Source: a virus (taxonomy: Duplodnaviria > Caudoviricetes). From it: a DNA stretch of 59,809 nucleotides. The position numbers and the translations under genes were made by a program. This document shows, piece by piece, positions 9,286-17,223 of this stretch. The notes under the pieces were generated by a model. It saw nothing but the letters and a program-made list of their open reading frames with translations. It searched no databases and was not told the origin of the DNA. The number at the start of each line of letters is the position of its first letter. Within the stretch, counting starts at the first letter, position 1. The DNA lies in the IMG/VR virus record IMGVR_UViG_3300039307_000389, positions 1 to 59,809 of that record. One strand, 5' to 3'.

Positions 9286-9704
9286 TGAACGGGTCCTTTC
9301 TCCTTACACGCGCCATCCTGGGCGGCCAGCAGCGCCTCCGTGATGTGCCTCACGGCGCGCTCCTCTTCGCGGTCTATCGATTCGTCGCCCCGCAACGTAT
9401 CGAGCGTCGGAGTGAGGCTCAAGTGAACAAGTTCATGCACTATCACCGATTCAACCATCGCCTCGGTAGACGGCCAGAGTACGCGGATGACAGCAGTCCG
9501 GGAGGGATACTCGATCTCGGCCCTACCTACCGTCTTGGGACGAAGGTCCCTTGCCGGTATGAACGTCACGGAAACCTTCCAGTTCCCGAGGTTCATCCTG
9601 CCCTGCCAAACCTTCAGGCGAGAATCCGCGAAGTCCTGCGCCGTTTGCGGTCGTTCCTGTGCCCCAGCGAACACCGCGAGTAGAAGTAGCGCCGCGATTC
9701 GCAT
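9282..9704 (-). CDS. Secreted HExxH metallopeptidase-like protein
   Basis: MRIAALLLLAVFAGA signal peptide; VIVHELVH and a downstream EE. Confidence 0.7.
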   Translation of the reverse strand: MRIAALLLLAVFAGAQERPQTAQDFADSRLKVWQGRMNLGNWKVSVTFIPARDLRPKTVGRAEIEYPSRTAVIRVLWPSTEAMVESVIVHELVHLSLTPTLDTLRGDESIDREEERAVRHITEALLAAQDGACKEKGPVQ

Positions 9705-9706
9705 GG

Positions 9707-10213
9707 CTACCGCACGAGAATACAAGCGCCGCTTGTCGCGTGATACCAGAGAACCTCGACATCCTCGTTCGAGTAGATCACTACGTTCGCCGGCATGAGC
9801 CGCTGCGTAGTGGCCCCGGTGCTGAAGCACTGGACCATGATCGCCGTCGTCCCGAGGTTATGCTGCGTTCCTGGCACGTAGGTCGATTGCGTCAGGTTGT
9901 AGCGCCGCCTGCCCGAAGACGAATCACACTGATACGGCCGGTCCAACGTCGCCGAGGTCGCCGAGACGTAGGTGAAACGGTAGATATTCCCACAGGGAAG
10001 CGTGTACAGCAGCCTGCCCGTCATGTCGGAAGTCCAGGCCGTATCTTCCCCGGTGATCTCGTCCGAATCCTTGACCGTGTAAATGAACCCGTCGGTGTAC
10101 TCCGCCGTGTTCACCGGAGCCGTGTAGCTGACGCTCGCCTGCGGCCGTACCGACGTTTGCGCCAACACGAGGCAGGCGGCCACAATCAAAAAGAGAACTG
10201 CGAATCGTTTCAT
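9707..10213 (-). CDS. Secreted protein, paralog of the C-terminal domain of 10228..11280
   Basis: Signal peptide MKRFAVLFLIVAACLVLA-Q; shares WTS.MTGR, FTYVSATS.TL and H.LGT...QCF with its neighbour. Confidence 0.75.
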   Translation of the reverse strand: MKRFAVLFLIVAACLVLAQTSVRPQASVSYTAPVNTAEYTDGFIYTVKDSDEITGEDTAWTSDMTGRLLYTLPCGNIYRFTYVSATSATLDRPYQCDSSSGRRRYNLTQSTYVPGTQHNLGTTAIMVQCFSTGATTQRLMPANVVIYSNEDVEVLWYHATSGACILVR

Positions 10214-10227
10214 TAGATCCTCCAGAA

Positions 10228-11280
10228 CTATCGATGCATCACACACCGGCCAGCCTGCGTTGCCCAGAAAACCAAGTCCACCGCGTAGGTCGTCGAATCG
10301 ACAGACGGACCCAGAGCGTACGAGAAATCATCCAACTTGACCCGCGGGGTTCCGTTGTCGAAACACTGAATCGTCATGTCGGCCGTTCCGAGTTGGTGAG
10401 TGGCGGCCGTAACTGAGATGTCGTCGTTTAGGAAGTACTCCATCGTGGCGTTGGTTGCGCAGTTGTATGCGCTATTCAAGGTCCCGCTCGTCGCCGAGAC
10501 GTAGGTGAACTTGTACATGTAGTTACAGCCGCTCTCGCGGGGAATAAACCACCTCCCCGTCATGGCGGATGTCCACGTCGTACCCGTTCCGGTAACCGCA
10601 GTCGATCCGTTTGTCACGCTCGCCGTTCCGTCCCGGTAGCTACTGACAGAGAAGTTGAAGGAGTAGCTGAGCGCCGGCAACTGAGCGTAGGCGGCCGTCC
10701 CGCCGATCTGAGGGAAGGTGTAATCTCCGGTCTGTGCTGTTACCGCCCCCGTGCGCCCGAACACGGAAGGCACAGGAGCCGATCCCACCGTGAACCCTGG
10801 AACCCAACTGGTACCGCTCCAGATGGGGGACTGCCCCAGCGTGGCTCCGTTCTGGGCCAACTGCTGCCATTGGATCAGCCAGGTAGGAGTTGGGGGACTA
10901 CACGAAGCACAGAGGATCACCGAATCCACGCTAACCGACGTTAGGCTGGTGGGAACGATCCACGTCTCAGTCCAGGCCCGGCCGCCCGTCAACGTCCAAG
11001 AGACGCTGTAGCTGGTCCCAGCGCATCCGCTGGCATCGTTCGGGATCAAGGCAACCGAGAAGTTGTTCGCCTGCCCAGCCGGAGTAGCCGCCGTGAATTT
11101 CACCGGAATAGTCCGGTCCCCCACGTGGGCGGCGCCTGCCTGGCACGGGACCGAAATCCGAATCAGAGCCTGGCCGGCGGAGGGCTGGCCGTCCGGACCC
11201 ACCACGGATTGAGTCACGGTCGTAGTGGCCGCCAGCAACGGGACGGCCGCTGTCAACAGGAGCAGTAGCGTATTCTTCAT
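10228..11280 (-). CDS. Signal-peptide-bearing tail-fibre/adhesin-like protein
   Basis: MKNTLLLLLTAAVPLLA signal; SVFGRTGAVTAQTGDY fibre repeat; GTASVTNGSTAVTGTGTTW motif. Confidence 0.7.
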   Translation of the reverse strand: MKNTLLLLLTAAVPLLAATTTVTQSVVGPDGQPSAGQALIRISVPCQAGAAHVGDRTIPVKFTAATPAGQANNFSVALIPNDASGCAGTSYSVSWTLTGGRAWTETWIVPTSLTSVSVDSVILCASCSPPTPTWLIQWQQLAQNGATLGQSPIWSGTSWVPGFTVGSAPVPSVFGRTGAVTAQTGDYTFPQIGGTAAYAQLPALSYSFNFSVSSYRDGTASVTNGSTAVTGTGTTWTSAMTGRWFIPRESGCNYMYKFTYVSATSGTLNSAYNCATNATMEYFLNDDISVTAATHQLGTADMTIQCFDNGTPRVKLDDFSYALGPSVDSTTYAVDLVFWATQAGRCVMHR

Positions 11281-11291
11281 GGACCTCTCCA

Positions 11292-12032
11292 TCACATCCC
11301 TCCGGCCGCTGCATGAAACCGCTGCGGACCTTCATTCGCTGGTAGCATCTCGGTCACAACCCGCCGCATGTGGCTCGTGTTGGGCGGAATGCGATAAAGG
11401 GCTTCCGGCGATTGTACGATTCCCTCGAAATACTCCCGCAACGGATACAGGCAGTACGGCTTCACCTCGCGGTAGACCCGTCCTAACTTCTGCTCGATGC
11501 GATACACCGCATGAAAGAAGCTGCCTCGATCCATCTGGAGGTTCCGCACACAAAACTTCCAGTCCCAGCCCTGGAGGAAATGCAACCCGAACACTTCCCA
11601 CAGTTGGCTATCGAGTTCTCGCTTGGCGATCAACTCGAAGTCGGCCAGGTACTCTTCGCGCTTGCGGGAATAGGTCCGCTTTGTGTCGCGTCCCTTTGGA
11701 GAGTACGTAAGATGCACGTGGCCGGCGTGCGCCTGCGTTATCCGTAGCTCCCGGTATCTGTTGAAGCACGCCCGAAAGACTGACCGGAAGACGCAATTAC
11801 AGGGCGCATCCTTACCGAACTTCAGTTCCCGCCATCCGAGGCCGTGACAGAAGTGGCAACTTTGCTTGGCGAGCCCGATCATCAGCGCGCGGCCCCAGAA
11901 CTCCGCGACACCGGGGGAGAGGTTGGGCTCGAAGGGCCACTCAGCGAGCGGGCGCCTGTGATCGAGCGGGCGCTTGTGGCGGAGCCCGAAGCCCTTCCCC
12001 CCGTCAAGGATCTCACGAACAGCTTGTTTCAT
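11292..12032 (-). CDS. Zn-finger plus HTH hypothetical protein, possible transcription regulator
   Basis: CHFCHGLG...PCNC and a C-terminal HTH-like segment (WKFCVRNLQMDRGSFFHAVYRIEQKLG). Confidence 0.65.
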   Translation of the reverse strand: MKQAVREILDGGKGFGLRHKRPLDHRRPLAEWPFEPNLSPGVAEFWGRALMIGLAKQSCHFCHGLGWRELKFGKDAPCNCVFRSVFRACFNRYRELRITQAHAGHVHLTYSPKGRDTKRTYSRKREEYLADFELIAKRELDSQLWEVFGLHFLQGWDWKFCVRNLQMDRGSFFHAVYRIEQKLGRVYREVKPYCLYPLREYFEGIVQSPEALYRIPPNTSHMRRVVTEMLPANEGPQRFHAAAGGM

Positions 12033-12045
12033 CGACCCCTCCGTG

Positions 12046-12714
12046 TTAGTTACCGGCCTGGATTTCCGCGCAGATGGCGTCGTATTTCTCGCGCGTGATC
12101 TGTTCCGTTCGCTCGAAGCCGTGCTTGGCGATGATCGCCTTGACGCCTGCCTGCGACCTACCGGCGCCGTGCATCAGCGCGAAGATCCGCTTTTGCTGGG
12201 CTTCGTTGATGCATCCTGGAAGAGTCTCGGCCGGCGGGTGCGTGGCGCGCGGTCCCCTCCGCGCAGGGGGTTTGTCGCTTTGTCCCGGCTCGCGCCCCTC
12301 AGCCCCCTCGCCGTCGTCATCCTCCGCGGCGACACCCACCATAGATTCGAGTGCGTACCGGCGCGCATATTTGACGGTCGATCCGATTGCCTGGGGGTTG
12401 TCGATGGTTTCCCAGCCTCCGCCGTCCTTCAGTTGGCGCTTGGAGGTCATGGTGAGGTCGCTCGATATCCACTGGCCGCTGGAATGAACCAGGATCGTGG
12501 TTACCGTGACCTTCGCGCCTTCAACCGCCACCGGCTGAATCACCGCGAGCCCGTTCGCGCTGAGAGGTTTCCGGATGGCCGCCCAAACGGAAGCCAGGTC
12601 CGCATAGTTCGAATGGAAGTAGGGGTTTTCGCTATCCTTCGCGGCTGCCTCCATTTCCCCTTGCGCCTTCGCAAGCGCCGCGGAAAGCGCGTCGATCTGT
12701 TCGCTTCTGTTCAT
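12046..12714 (-). CDS. erf: ERF family ssDNA-annealing protein
   Basis: ALAKAQ...NPYFHSNYADL...ILVHSSGQW...GSTVKYARRYAL...DDDG. Confidence 0.92.
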   Translation of the reverse strand: MNRSEQIDALSAALAKAQGEMEAAAKDSENPYFHSNYADLASVWAAIRKPLSANGLAVIQPVAVEGAKVTVTTILVHSSGQWISSDLTMTSKRQLKDGGGWETIDNPQAIGSTVKYARRYALESMVGVAAEDDDGEGAEGREPGQSDKPPARRGPRATHPPAETLPGCINEAQQKRIFALMHGAGRSQAGVKAIIAKHGFERTEQITREKYDAICAEIQAGN

Positions 12715-12717
12715 CGG

Positions 12718-13356
12718 CTATACCCTTTTCTTGAGCCGCGCATCCAGCTCGTATGCTTTCCGCAAGAGCAGGAACTCGGTCAGTTCGTCTTTGAGAGACA
12801 CAAACGAGTAGTGAGCGAAGTCGCCCTCCAGTTTGGAGAACCGTACCAGGTCATATCCCCTGACCGGGTTGTCCGGGAAGTTCTCATTCCATAGCGCGCC
12901 GTAGGCGGCCAACTGCATTAGGTAGTCGCTGTACACGCTGTTGGAAGTCTTCCAATCCAACAGGTGCAGATCGTCGCCAAGCGTCACCGCGTCGAGGGTT
13001 CCACCGAATCGGAACCGCTTCGACATGAGGCCGATTTCGGTTTTCGCCGGCTTGAGGTGGCTCTGTTCCGCCCACCTCCGGAATGCTCCGAATGAGTTCT
13101 CGGCGACAGTCAGAATCTCCAGCGGATAGGGCTCGGGGTTGAACTCCCGGCCGCGGATGAAACACTCCACCATGTCGTGTGCGCAAGTGCCGGCATCGGC
13201 CGCCGCCTGCTTCACGTCGCGGTAGTCTTTCCCTTCCGTGCCCAGAGTCCAAGCCCAATGGATCAGGCCGCCCGACTCCTTGAAGCGCGATAGGACCGTT
13301 GTCACGGACGGTAGCCGCTTGCCATCGAGCCAGTAACCCTTGCGTGGAGTCGGCAT
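12718..13356 (-). CDS. PD-(D/E)XK nuclease (recombination exonuclease)
   Basis: LPSVTTVL, GTCAH, GGTLD, LLDWKTS, QLAAY. Confidence 0.85.
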   Translation of the reverse strand: MPTPRKGYWLDGKRLPSVTTVLSRFKESGGLIHWAWTLGTEGKDYRDVKQAAADAGTCAHDMVECFIRGREFNPEPYPLEILTVAENSFGAFRRWAEQSHLKPAKTEIGLMSKRFRFGGTLDAVTLGDDLHLLDWKTSNSVYSDYLMQLAAYGALWNENFPDNPVRGYDLVRFSKLEGDFAHYSFVSLKDELTEFLLLRKAYELDARLKKRV

Positions 13357-13536
13357 CTAGGCCGCCACCTTTCGCGCCATGCCGTCCTTGATGCGCTCCC
13401 AGTTAATTTCCTGTTCGAGGATGGCCGCCGCGCGCCTTGTCGAACACGGAGCGGAGGAACGTCCCAGCATGGACGGGATCTGCGGTTTCGGCTGTGTCAC
13501 CACGGCCGGTTCGGACTTCTTTGTCGGCTTCAACAT
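13357..13536 (-). CDS. Small hypothetical protein (59 aa)
   Basis: Read by hand: MLKPTKK...ARKVAA with AGGAGG RBS; stop abuts the next start. Confidence 0.55.
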   Translation of the reverse strand: MLKPTKKSEPAVVTQPKPQIPSMLGRSSAPCSTRRAAAILEQEINWERIKDGMARKVAA

Positions 13537-13571
13537 CGAGACATCCTCCTTTGGTGGGCTTGTGGCCCCGC

Positions 13572-13775
13572 CTATTTACTGCTGGCGGTGGTCCTGAACA
13601 ACAGCCCGGTTAACAGGTTCATGGCGAGCGCCTGGCCAAAGGTGATCGTTTTGAGGCCAAACAACGTTGGCATCAGATAATCCCAAAGCCACATCGTCGG
13701 CAGAGCCAGCACTAACGCCAGCACGGCCACTATGACGAGCGCGAAAAACAACACACCGAGAGCTTTCATTCGCAC
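13572..13775 (-). CDS. Small membrane protein
   Basis: Two hydrophobic segments; GGAGG RBS. Confidence 0.7.
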   Translation of the reverse strand: MRMKALGVLFFALVIVAVLALVLALPTMWLWDYLMPTLFGLKTITFGQALAMNLLTGLLFRTTASSK

Positions 13776-13789
13776 AATCCTCCGTAAGT

Positions 13790-14220
13790 TGCCGCGCTTG
13801 ATTTACCGAGCGCGCGGCATACTCGGGTCACTGACTAGGCAGCCAGCGGCAAAGCGTTCTCGTAAGAGTTGGCTTTTATGGTTTGCGCCTTCAGGGTCGG
13901 TCGCCTGCCCATCGCCTCCCGCGCACTCGCTACATCCCGTCGAAACCAGTCACCCCCGTATGGAGCCGGACCCGCCGCATCACTGCCAAGTGATCGACGG
14001 GCTACCCGGCATAAGTTGGTGGAGGTGGGGAGAATCGAACTCCCGTCCGCAATGTGTCTGCGCGCGATCAACAGCAATCTCTTTGTCGCCTTCGGTTGAT
14101 CCGCGTGGCTCCGGTGGGAGCTTGGCGCATCCCGGTTATCCGAGATGCGTTTGGCGGGTACGATAGCGCCGGTCTTGGGGCACAACGGAGCAGTGCTCAG
14201 AAGAAACGGAGCCACGCGGG
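13790..14220 (-). ncRNA. ssrA: tmRNA, circularly permuted (two-piece) form
   Basis: Acceptor piece ends GGGAG-TTCGATT-CTCCC-CACCTCC-ACCA at 14017. Coding piece starts GGGGGTGACTGGTTTCGAC at 13957. 7 bp acceptor stem with G3:U70 and A73. Tag ANSYENALPLAA* at 13873-13835. Pseudoknot at 13826-13791. Outer ends approximate. Confidence 0.9.
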
Positions 14221-14250
14221 CAACCTTGCCGGCGTATCCAGAACCTTGTT

Positions 14251-14532
14251 TCATTCGCAAATGCCCTCGAAAAGAGGGGCGGATGGCACGCTGGCCACCC
14301 GCCCGCAAGGAGAAGGGAACGGACCCTCAACCGCAACGAGCGCATCCCATACCGTGCCCGCGACTCCCTCACGCCAGCGGCGGGCTACACACACTCGCCA
14401 GCGGATGCCGCACGCGCGGTCAATCTTGATCTCTACGCGATATCCCCCAACGGAGCCGGACCACTTACCATCCGGGTCCGCATGGACCGCTCGGATGATT
14501 CGGCTGCGCTTTGCGGGGGACACTTCAGGCAC
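14251..14532 (-). CDS. Hypothetical protein
   Basis: 93 aa ORF overlapping the upstream stop. Confidence 0.45.
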   Translation of the reverse strand: MPEVSPAKRSRIIRAVHADPDGKWSGSVGGYRVEIKIDRACGIRWRVCVARRWREGVAGTVWDALVAVEGPFPSPCGRVASVPSAPLFEGICE

Positions 14533-14839
14533 GGCTTTCGCGCTCCAGAATGCCCATGTTTCCGCCGCATACGGAGATCGGGAGCAATCGCCATCCCCGC
14601 TCTCCCCAGGCGTTCAGCTTCTGCTCCACGGCCGCGTGCCCGTCCGTCGAGTTGAGAGAGATGAAGTGATACGAATAGCGCGGTTCCAACCGGACCACGT
14701 GTCCAGGCTCCGGGTCCGGCGGTATCGCCGCGGCGACACTCGCGCAGGACGCGCACAGAATCCGCTTCGGCTTCCCGAGCGGCTGGAAGGCCTTCGCCGT
14801 CATCGGCGAGAGGGGTACCGCGCATTTCTCGCACTTCAT
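14525..14839 (-). CDS. Zn-ribbon plus DUF4177-like hypothetical protein
   Basis: CEKC...CASC; EQKLNAWGERGWRL. Confidence 0.6.
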   Translation of the reverse strand: MKCEKCAVPLSPMTAKAFQPLGKPKRILCASCASVAAAIPPDPEPGHVVRLEPRYSYHFISLNSTDGHAAVEQKLNAWGERGWRLLPISVCGGNMGILERESRA

Positions 14840-14843
14840 GTCG

Positions 14844-15194
14844 CTAAAGAGAGGCACGGCAGAGCACCTCCATCTGTGCGGCAAAGGCGCCGAACGAAGA
14901 CTGAACGGTAGGAGTCCGTGGGGCGTAATAGTCCGGGTCCACGAACCGCTGAAAGACCCGCTCCCACTTTGCGTCTTCGGCGAGCGCTACCTCGCGCGAC
15001 GGCCGTCCGGCTCGGGATGTATCGTGGTGGGTGTGCTGGCAATCCGAAGAGCAGAACTTGGGAGCGTTTTCTCCCTTGCTCAATGCCTTCTGGAACTGCG
15101 CTCCGCATCCCTGACACAAGAACGTCCGGTCTTCACCGCATTCCTGTGTACCTTTAGTACTCGTATCCACGCAGCCCTCCTGTTGGAGTTGCAC
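14844..15194 (-). CDS. Hypothetical Zn-finger early protein
   Basis: CQGC...FCSSDC; AEDAKWERVFQRFVDPDYY; first gene after the leftward promoter; start uncertain. Confidence 0.65.
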   Translation of the reverse strand: MQLQQEGCVDTSTKGTQECGEDRTFLCQGCGAQFQKALSKGENAPKFCSSDCQHTHHDTSRAGRPSREVALAEDAKWERVFQRFVDPDYYAPRTPTVQSSFGAFAAQMEVLCRASL

Positions 15195-15202
15195 GAAAAA
15201 CG

Positions 15203-15231
15203 TTGACTTGGTTTTCAGGTGGGTTTAGGAT
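15203..15231 (+). promoter_or_regulatory. Rightward sigma70-type promoter, antisense to the leftward leader
   Basis: TTGACT-17 nt-TAGGAT. Confidence 0.6.
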
Positions 15232-15279
15232 GGAAGTGTTAACCGGCCATCCGGCCCCCACAAAGGGCTAGGGGCTTTC

Positions 15280-15312
15280 AACCGAGGGGCGGTTCCAACG
15301 CCGCCCCCGGTT
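15280..15312. terminator. Strong hairpin (terminator or attenuator)
   Basis: AACCGAGGGGCGG-ttccaacg-CCGCCCCCGGTT. Confidence 0.5.
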
Positions 15313-15393
15313 CCCACCTTCCACTGGGCATCTCCGGCCCAGGTCCCGCGAAATCCTTTTCGGATCTCTTGGTACTTTTCCGTACCAAACGTT

Positions 15394-15422
15394 ATAGTAC
15401 ATCCACGCCATAGTTCTTTCAA
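15394..15422 (-). promoter_or_regulatory. Leftward early promoter
   Basis: TTGAAA-17 nt-TACTAT with an A/T-rich UP-like tract upstream; inverted repeat TTGGTAC-N6-GTACCAA at 15369-15388. Confidence 0.65.
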
Positions 15423-15523
15423 TTTATTTTTAAGTTTTCCGTAAATTCTTTTTGGCTTCCCGGAATTCTGGAATGTGGAAAGCCGGAAACCCGGAAAGGA
15501 AGCGCCATGCAACCCTGAGGGAG

Positions 15524-15853
15524 ATGCAGAAGAAGATGACGGCCGAAATACCGGCAGAGCTGCACTTGCGCGTTGCCACACGCGCCAAAGAGCGCGGCGT
15601 CCGTATCGATGCCATCGTTGAAGAGGCTCTGCTGTTGTATTTCCGAACACCGGCCAAGGATATTGCCAAGCTCTCCGGGCCGATGGCCGGCCTTCCAAGC
15701 GCAGACAGGAAGCGGGTAGAGGCGTATATCGAGTTACTGAAATCCAAAGATCCGGATCTCAAGCTCGCCGCCTCGCGGCGCATCGGACGCCTACTGGTAA
15801 TGGCCCGCGAGAGTATCGAGATCGACTACCGCCGTCCCAGGAATTCCAAGTAG
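15524..15853 (+). CDS. Ribbon-helix-helix repressor candidate
   Basis: KKMTAEIPAELHLRVATRAKERGVRIDAIVEEALLLYF; divergent from the early operon; GAGG RBS. Confidence 0.75.
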   Translation: MQKKMTAEIPAELHLRVATRAKERGVRIDAIVEEALLLYFRTPAKDIAKLSGPMAGLPSADRKRVEAYIELLKSKDPDLKLAASRRIGRLLVMARESIEIDYRRPRNSK

Positions 15854-15870
15854 GCCGGTACGCATGGGAA

Positions 15871-16110
15871 GTGTGGGAAGTGCTAACTATCTCACAACAA
15901 GAGCTTCGGATGCTATTCCGGGGCCTCTTGACGGCCGGCGGGGGCCGACTTAAACCACGGGCGTTCAGAGCGCTGGCCAAGGTCCTCTGCGGGGCCACCG
16001 TAGAGCCCGGCCGCTTCGAGGCAATCGTTACGCGCGGCCGTCCGGCGATCACGATTAAGAAGCGCTATGGAAGGAGCGCGATTCTTGCGCGCTGGAGCCT
16101 GGCCAGGTAA
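15871..16110 (+). CDS. Hypothetical protein
   Basis: 79 aa ORF following the repressor candidate. Confidence 0.4.
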   Translation: MWEVLTISQQELRMLFRGLLTAGGGRLKPRAFRALAKVLCGATVEPGRFEAIVTRGRPAITIKKRYGRSAILARWSLAR

Positions 16111-16268
16111 ACCGGGCAGCGGGAGGCGGAGGCTTTTCGCCTCCATTCTCCCGCCAAAATAAACATGAGAATAATTCCGCACGGTCGCCACTTTATTCTA
16201 ATGGCCCTACAAATAGGGATTGTCCTAGGACGTACCGGAACTACGCCGTCGCGTGTTAGCGTGTAGCC

Positions 16269-16754
16269 ATGCGCGAACCGAAAGCCGCCCTCGGGTTGCT
16301 CGCCGTCCTCCTTTCCGCTTGTAACGGCGTTCCCCCGGCCGTCCATTCCAACGAACAGGCCAATTCCTCCGCTTCGCCCGAGGCCCCGGTTCCACCGAAG
16401 ACGCCGTGCCCGGTCAATCTCATCCACCCGAGGATGGTTCACAACCTGGAGATGGACGTTTACGCAACGATAGTCAACGTCTCCACCGTGGACATTACGG
16501 CTATCGCTTTCGGGGCCGCCCACACCGATAAGTTCGGCGATATGTGGGAGCCCTACAAAACGGATCTGACGAGCGAGGATACGATCAAGAAGGGGCGCTC
16601 ACTGGCAATGCACTGGGAAGTCCTGATGGAAACCCCCACGGGCATCAAGAACTCCACGCCCGGCAGTTCCGAGTTGTTCGTTAATAAGGTGGCGCTGTCC
16701 GATGGGCGCGTGCTGCACATCGGCGACCTGGACGGTTGCAGCTTCAAGTTCTAG
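16269..16754 (+). CDS. Lipoprotein (possible superinfection exclusion or lysogenic conversion)
   Basis: Lipobox LSA-C after a hydrophobic stretch; located in the plus-strand immunity region. Confidence 0.8.
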   Translation: MREPKAALGLLAVLLSACNGVPPAVHSNEQANSSASPEAPVPPKTPCPVNLIHPRMVHNLEMDVYATIVNVSTVDITAIAFGAAHTDKFGDMWEPYKTDLTSEDTIKKGRSLAMHWEVLMETPTGIKNSTPGSSELFVNKVALSDGRVLHIGDLDGCSFKF

Positions 16755-16758
16755 GACC

Positions 16759-17223
16759 TCACGGAAGCAAGATCGCGTGAATGAGGTCCACCGCTTCATC
16801 GAGTGACTCCACGATGAACGGCACAGTAGCCCGAACGATGGCGTGATCGTGGAGGTTCCCAGGCTCCATTACGGCCACCATCGGCCGGCGCGCGGAGTCC
16901 GCCCAGCCGATCTCGATGCACGTCCCAACACTCACCCGCCCGGCTCCGAGGAAGTTGAATAGGACCACATCCGCCCGCTGGCAGTCGAAGCGATCGCGCG
17001 AAGTGATTCCTTGCGGAGTGCTGAGGGGATGCCCGTGGTATCCCAGCGATTCGAGCTTGCTTTGGACGGCCGCCAGGTAGTGCTTGCACCGCAACGGAGA
17101 GAGCCCCACGACGGGAGGCTTCAGGCGTTCCTGCACGTACGCGCGCCAGTCGTTAGCGCCGTCGAAGGTCAGGCCCGTGATTGGCCCGGCCAGATAAACC
17201 GTTCGTTCTGCCGGCGAGTTCAT
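16759..17223 (-). CDS. Nucleoside 2-deoxyribosyltransferase family protein
   Basis: VYLAGPI...DRFDCQRADVVL...SVGTCIEIGWA. Confidence 0.85.
   Translation of the reverse strand: MNSPAERTVYLAGPITGLTFDGANDWRAYVQERLKPPVVGLSPLRCKHYLAAVQSKLESLGYHGHPLSTPQGITSRDRFDCQRADVVLFNFLGAGRVSVGTCIEIGWADSARRPMVAVMEPGNLHDHAIVRATVPFIVESLDEAVDLIHAILLP

Noticed and set aside
8843-9316. N-terminal extension of dnaN in the 520 aa ORF call
   Set aside because: It overlaps the 8929-9285 gene; clamp homology and a GGAGG RBS start at ATG 8842.
9707-11280. Diversity-generating retroelement (template/variable repeat pair)
   Set aside because: No reverse transcriptase in the window, and similarity between the paralogs is short and protein-level, not adenine-specific.
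14017-14050. tmRNA/tRNA 3' end read as an attP/attR remnant or a plain tRNA
   Set aside because: It is 13 kb from the integrase, has no duplicate in the window, and has a complementary 5' half plus an intact tag just downstream.
13835-14308. 157 aa minus-strand ORF ending ANSYENALPLAA
   Set aside because: It is the tmRNA tag frame extended upstream through structured RNA; the rest of the translation is not protein-like.
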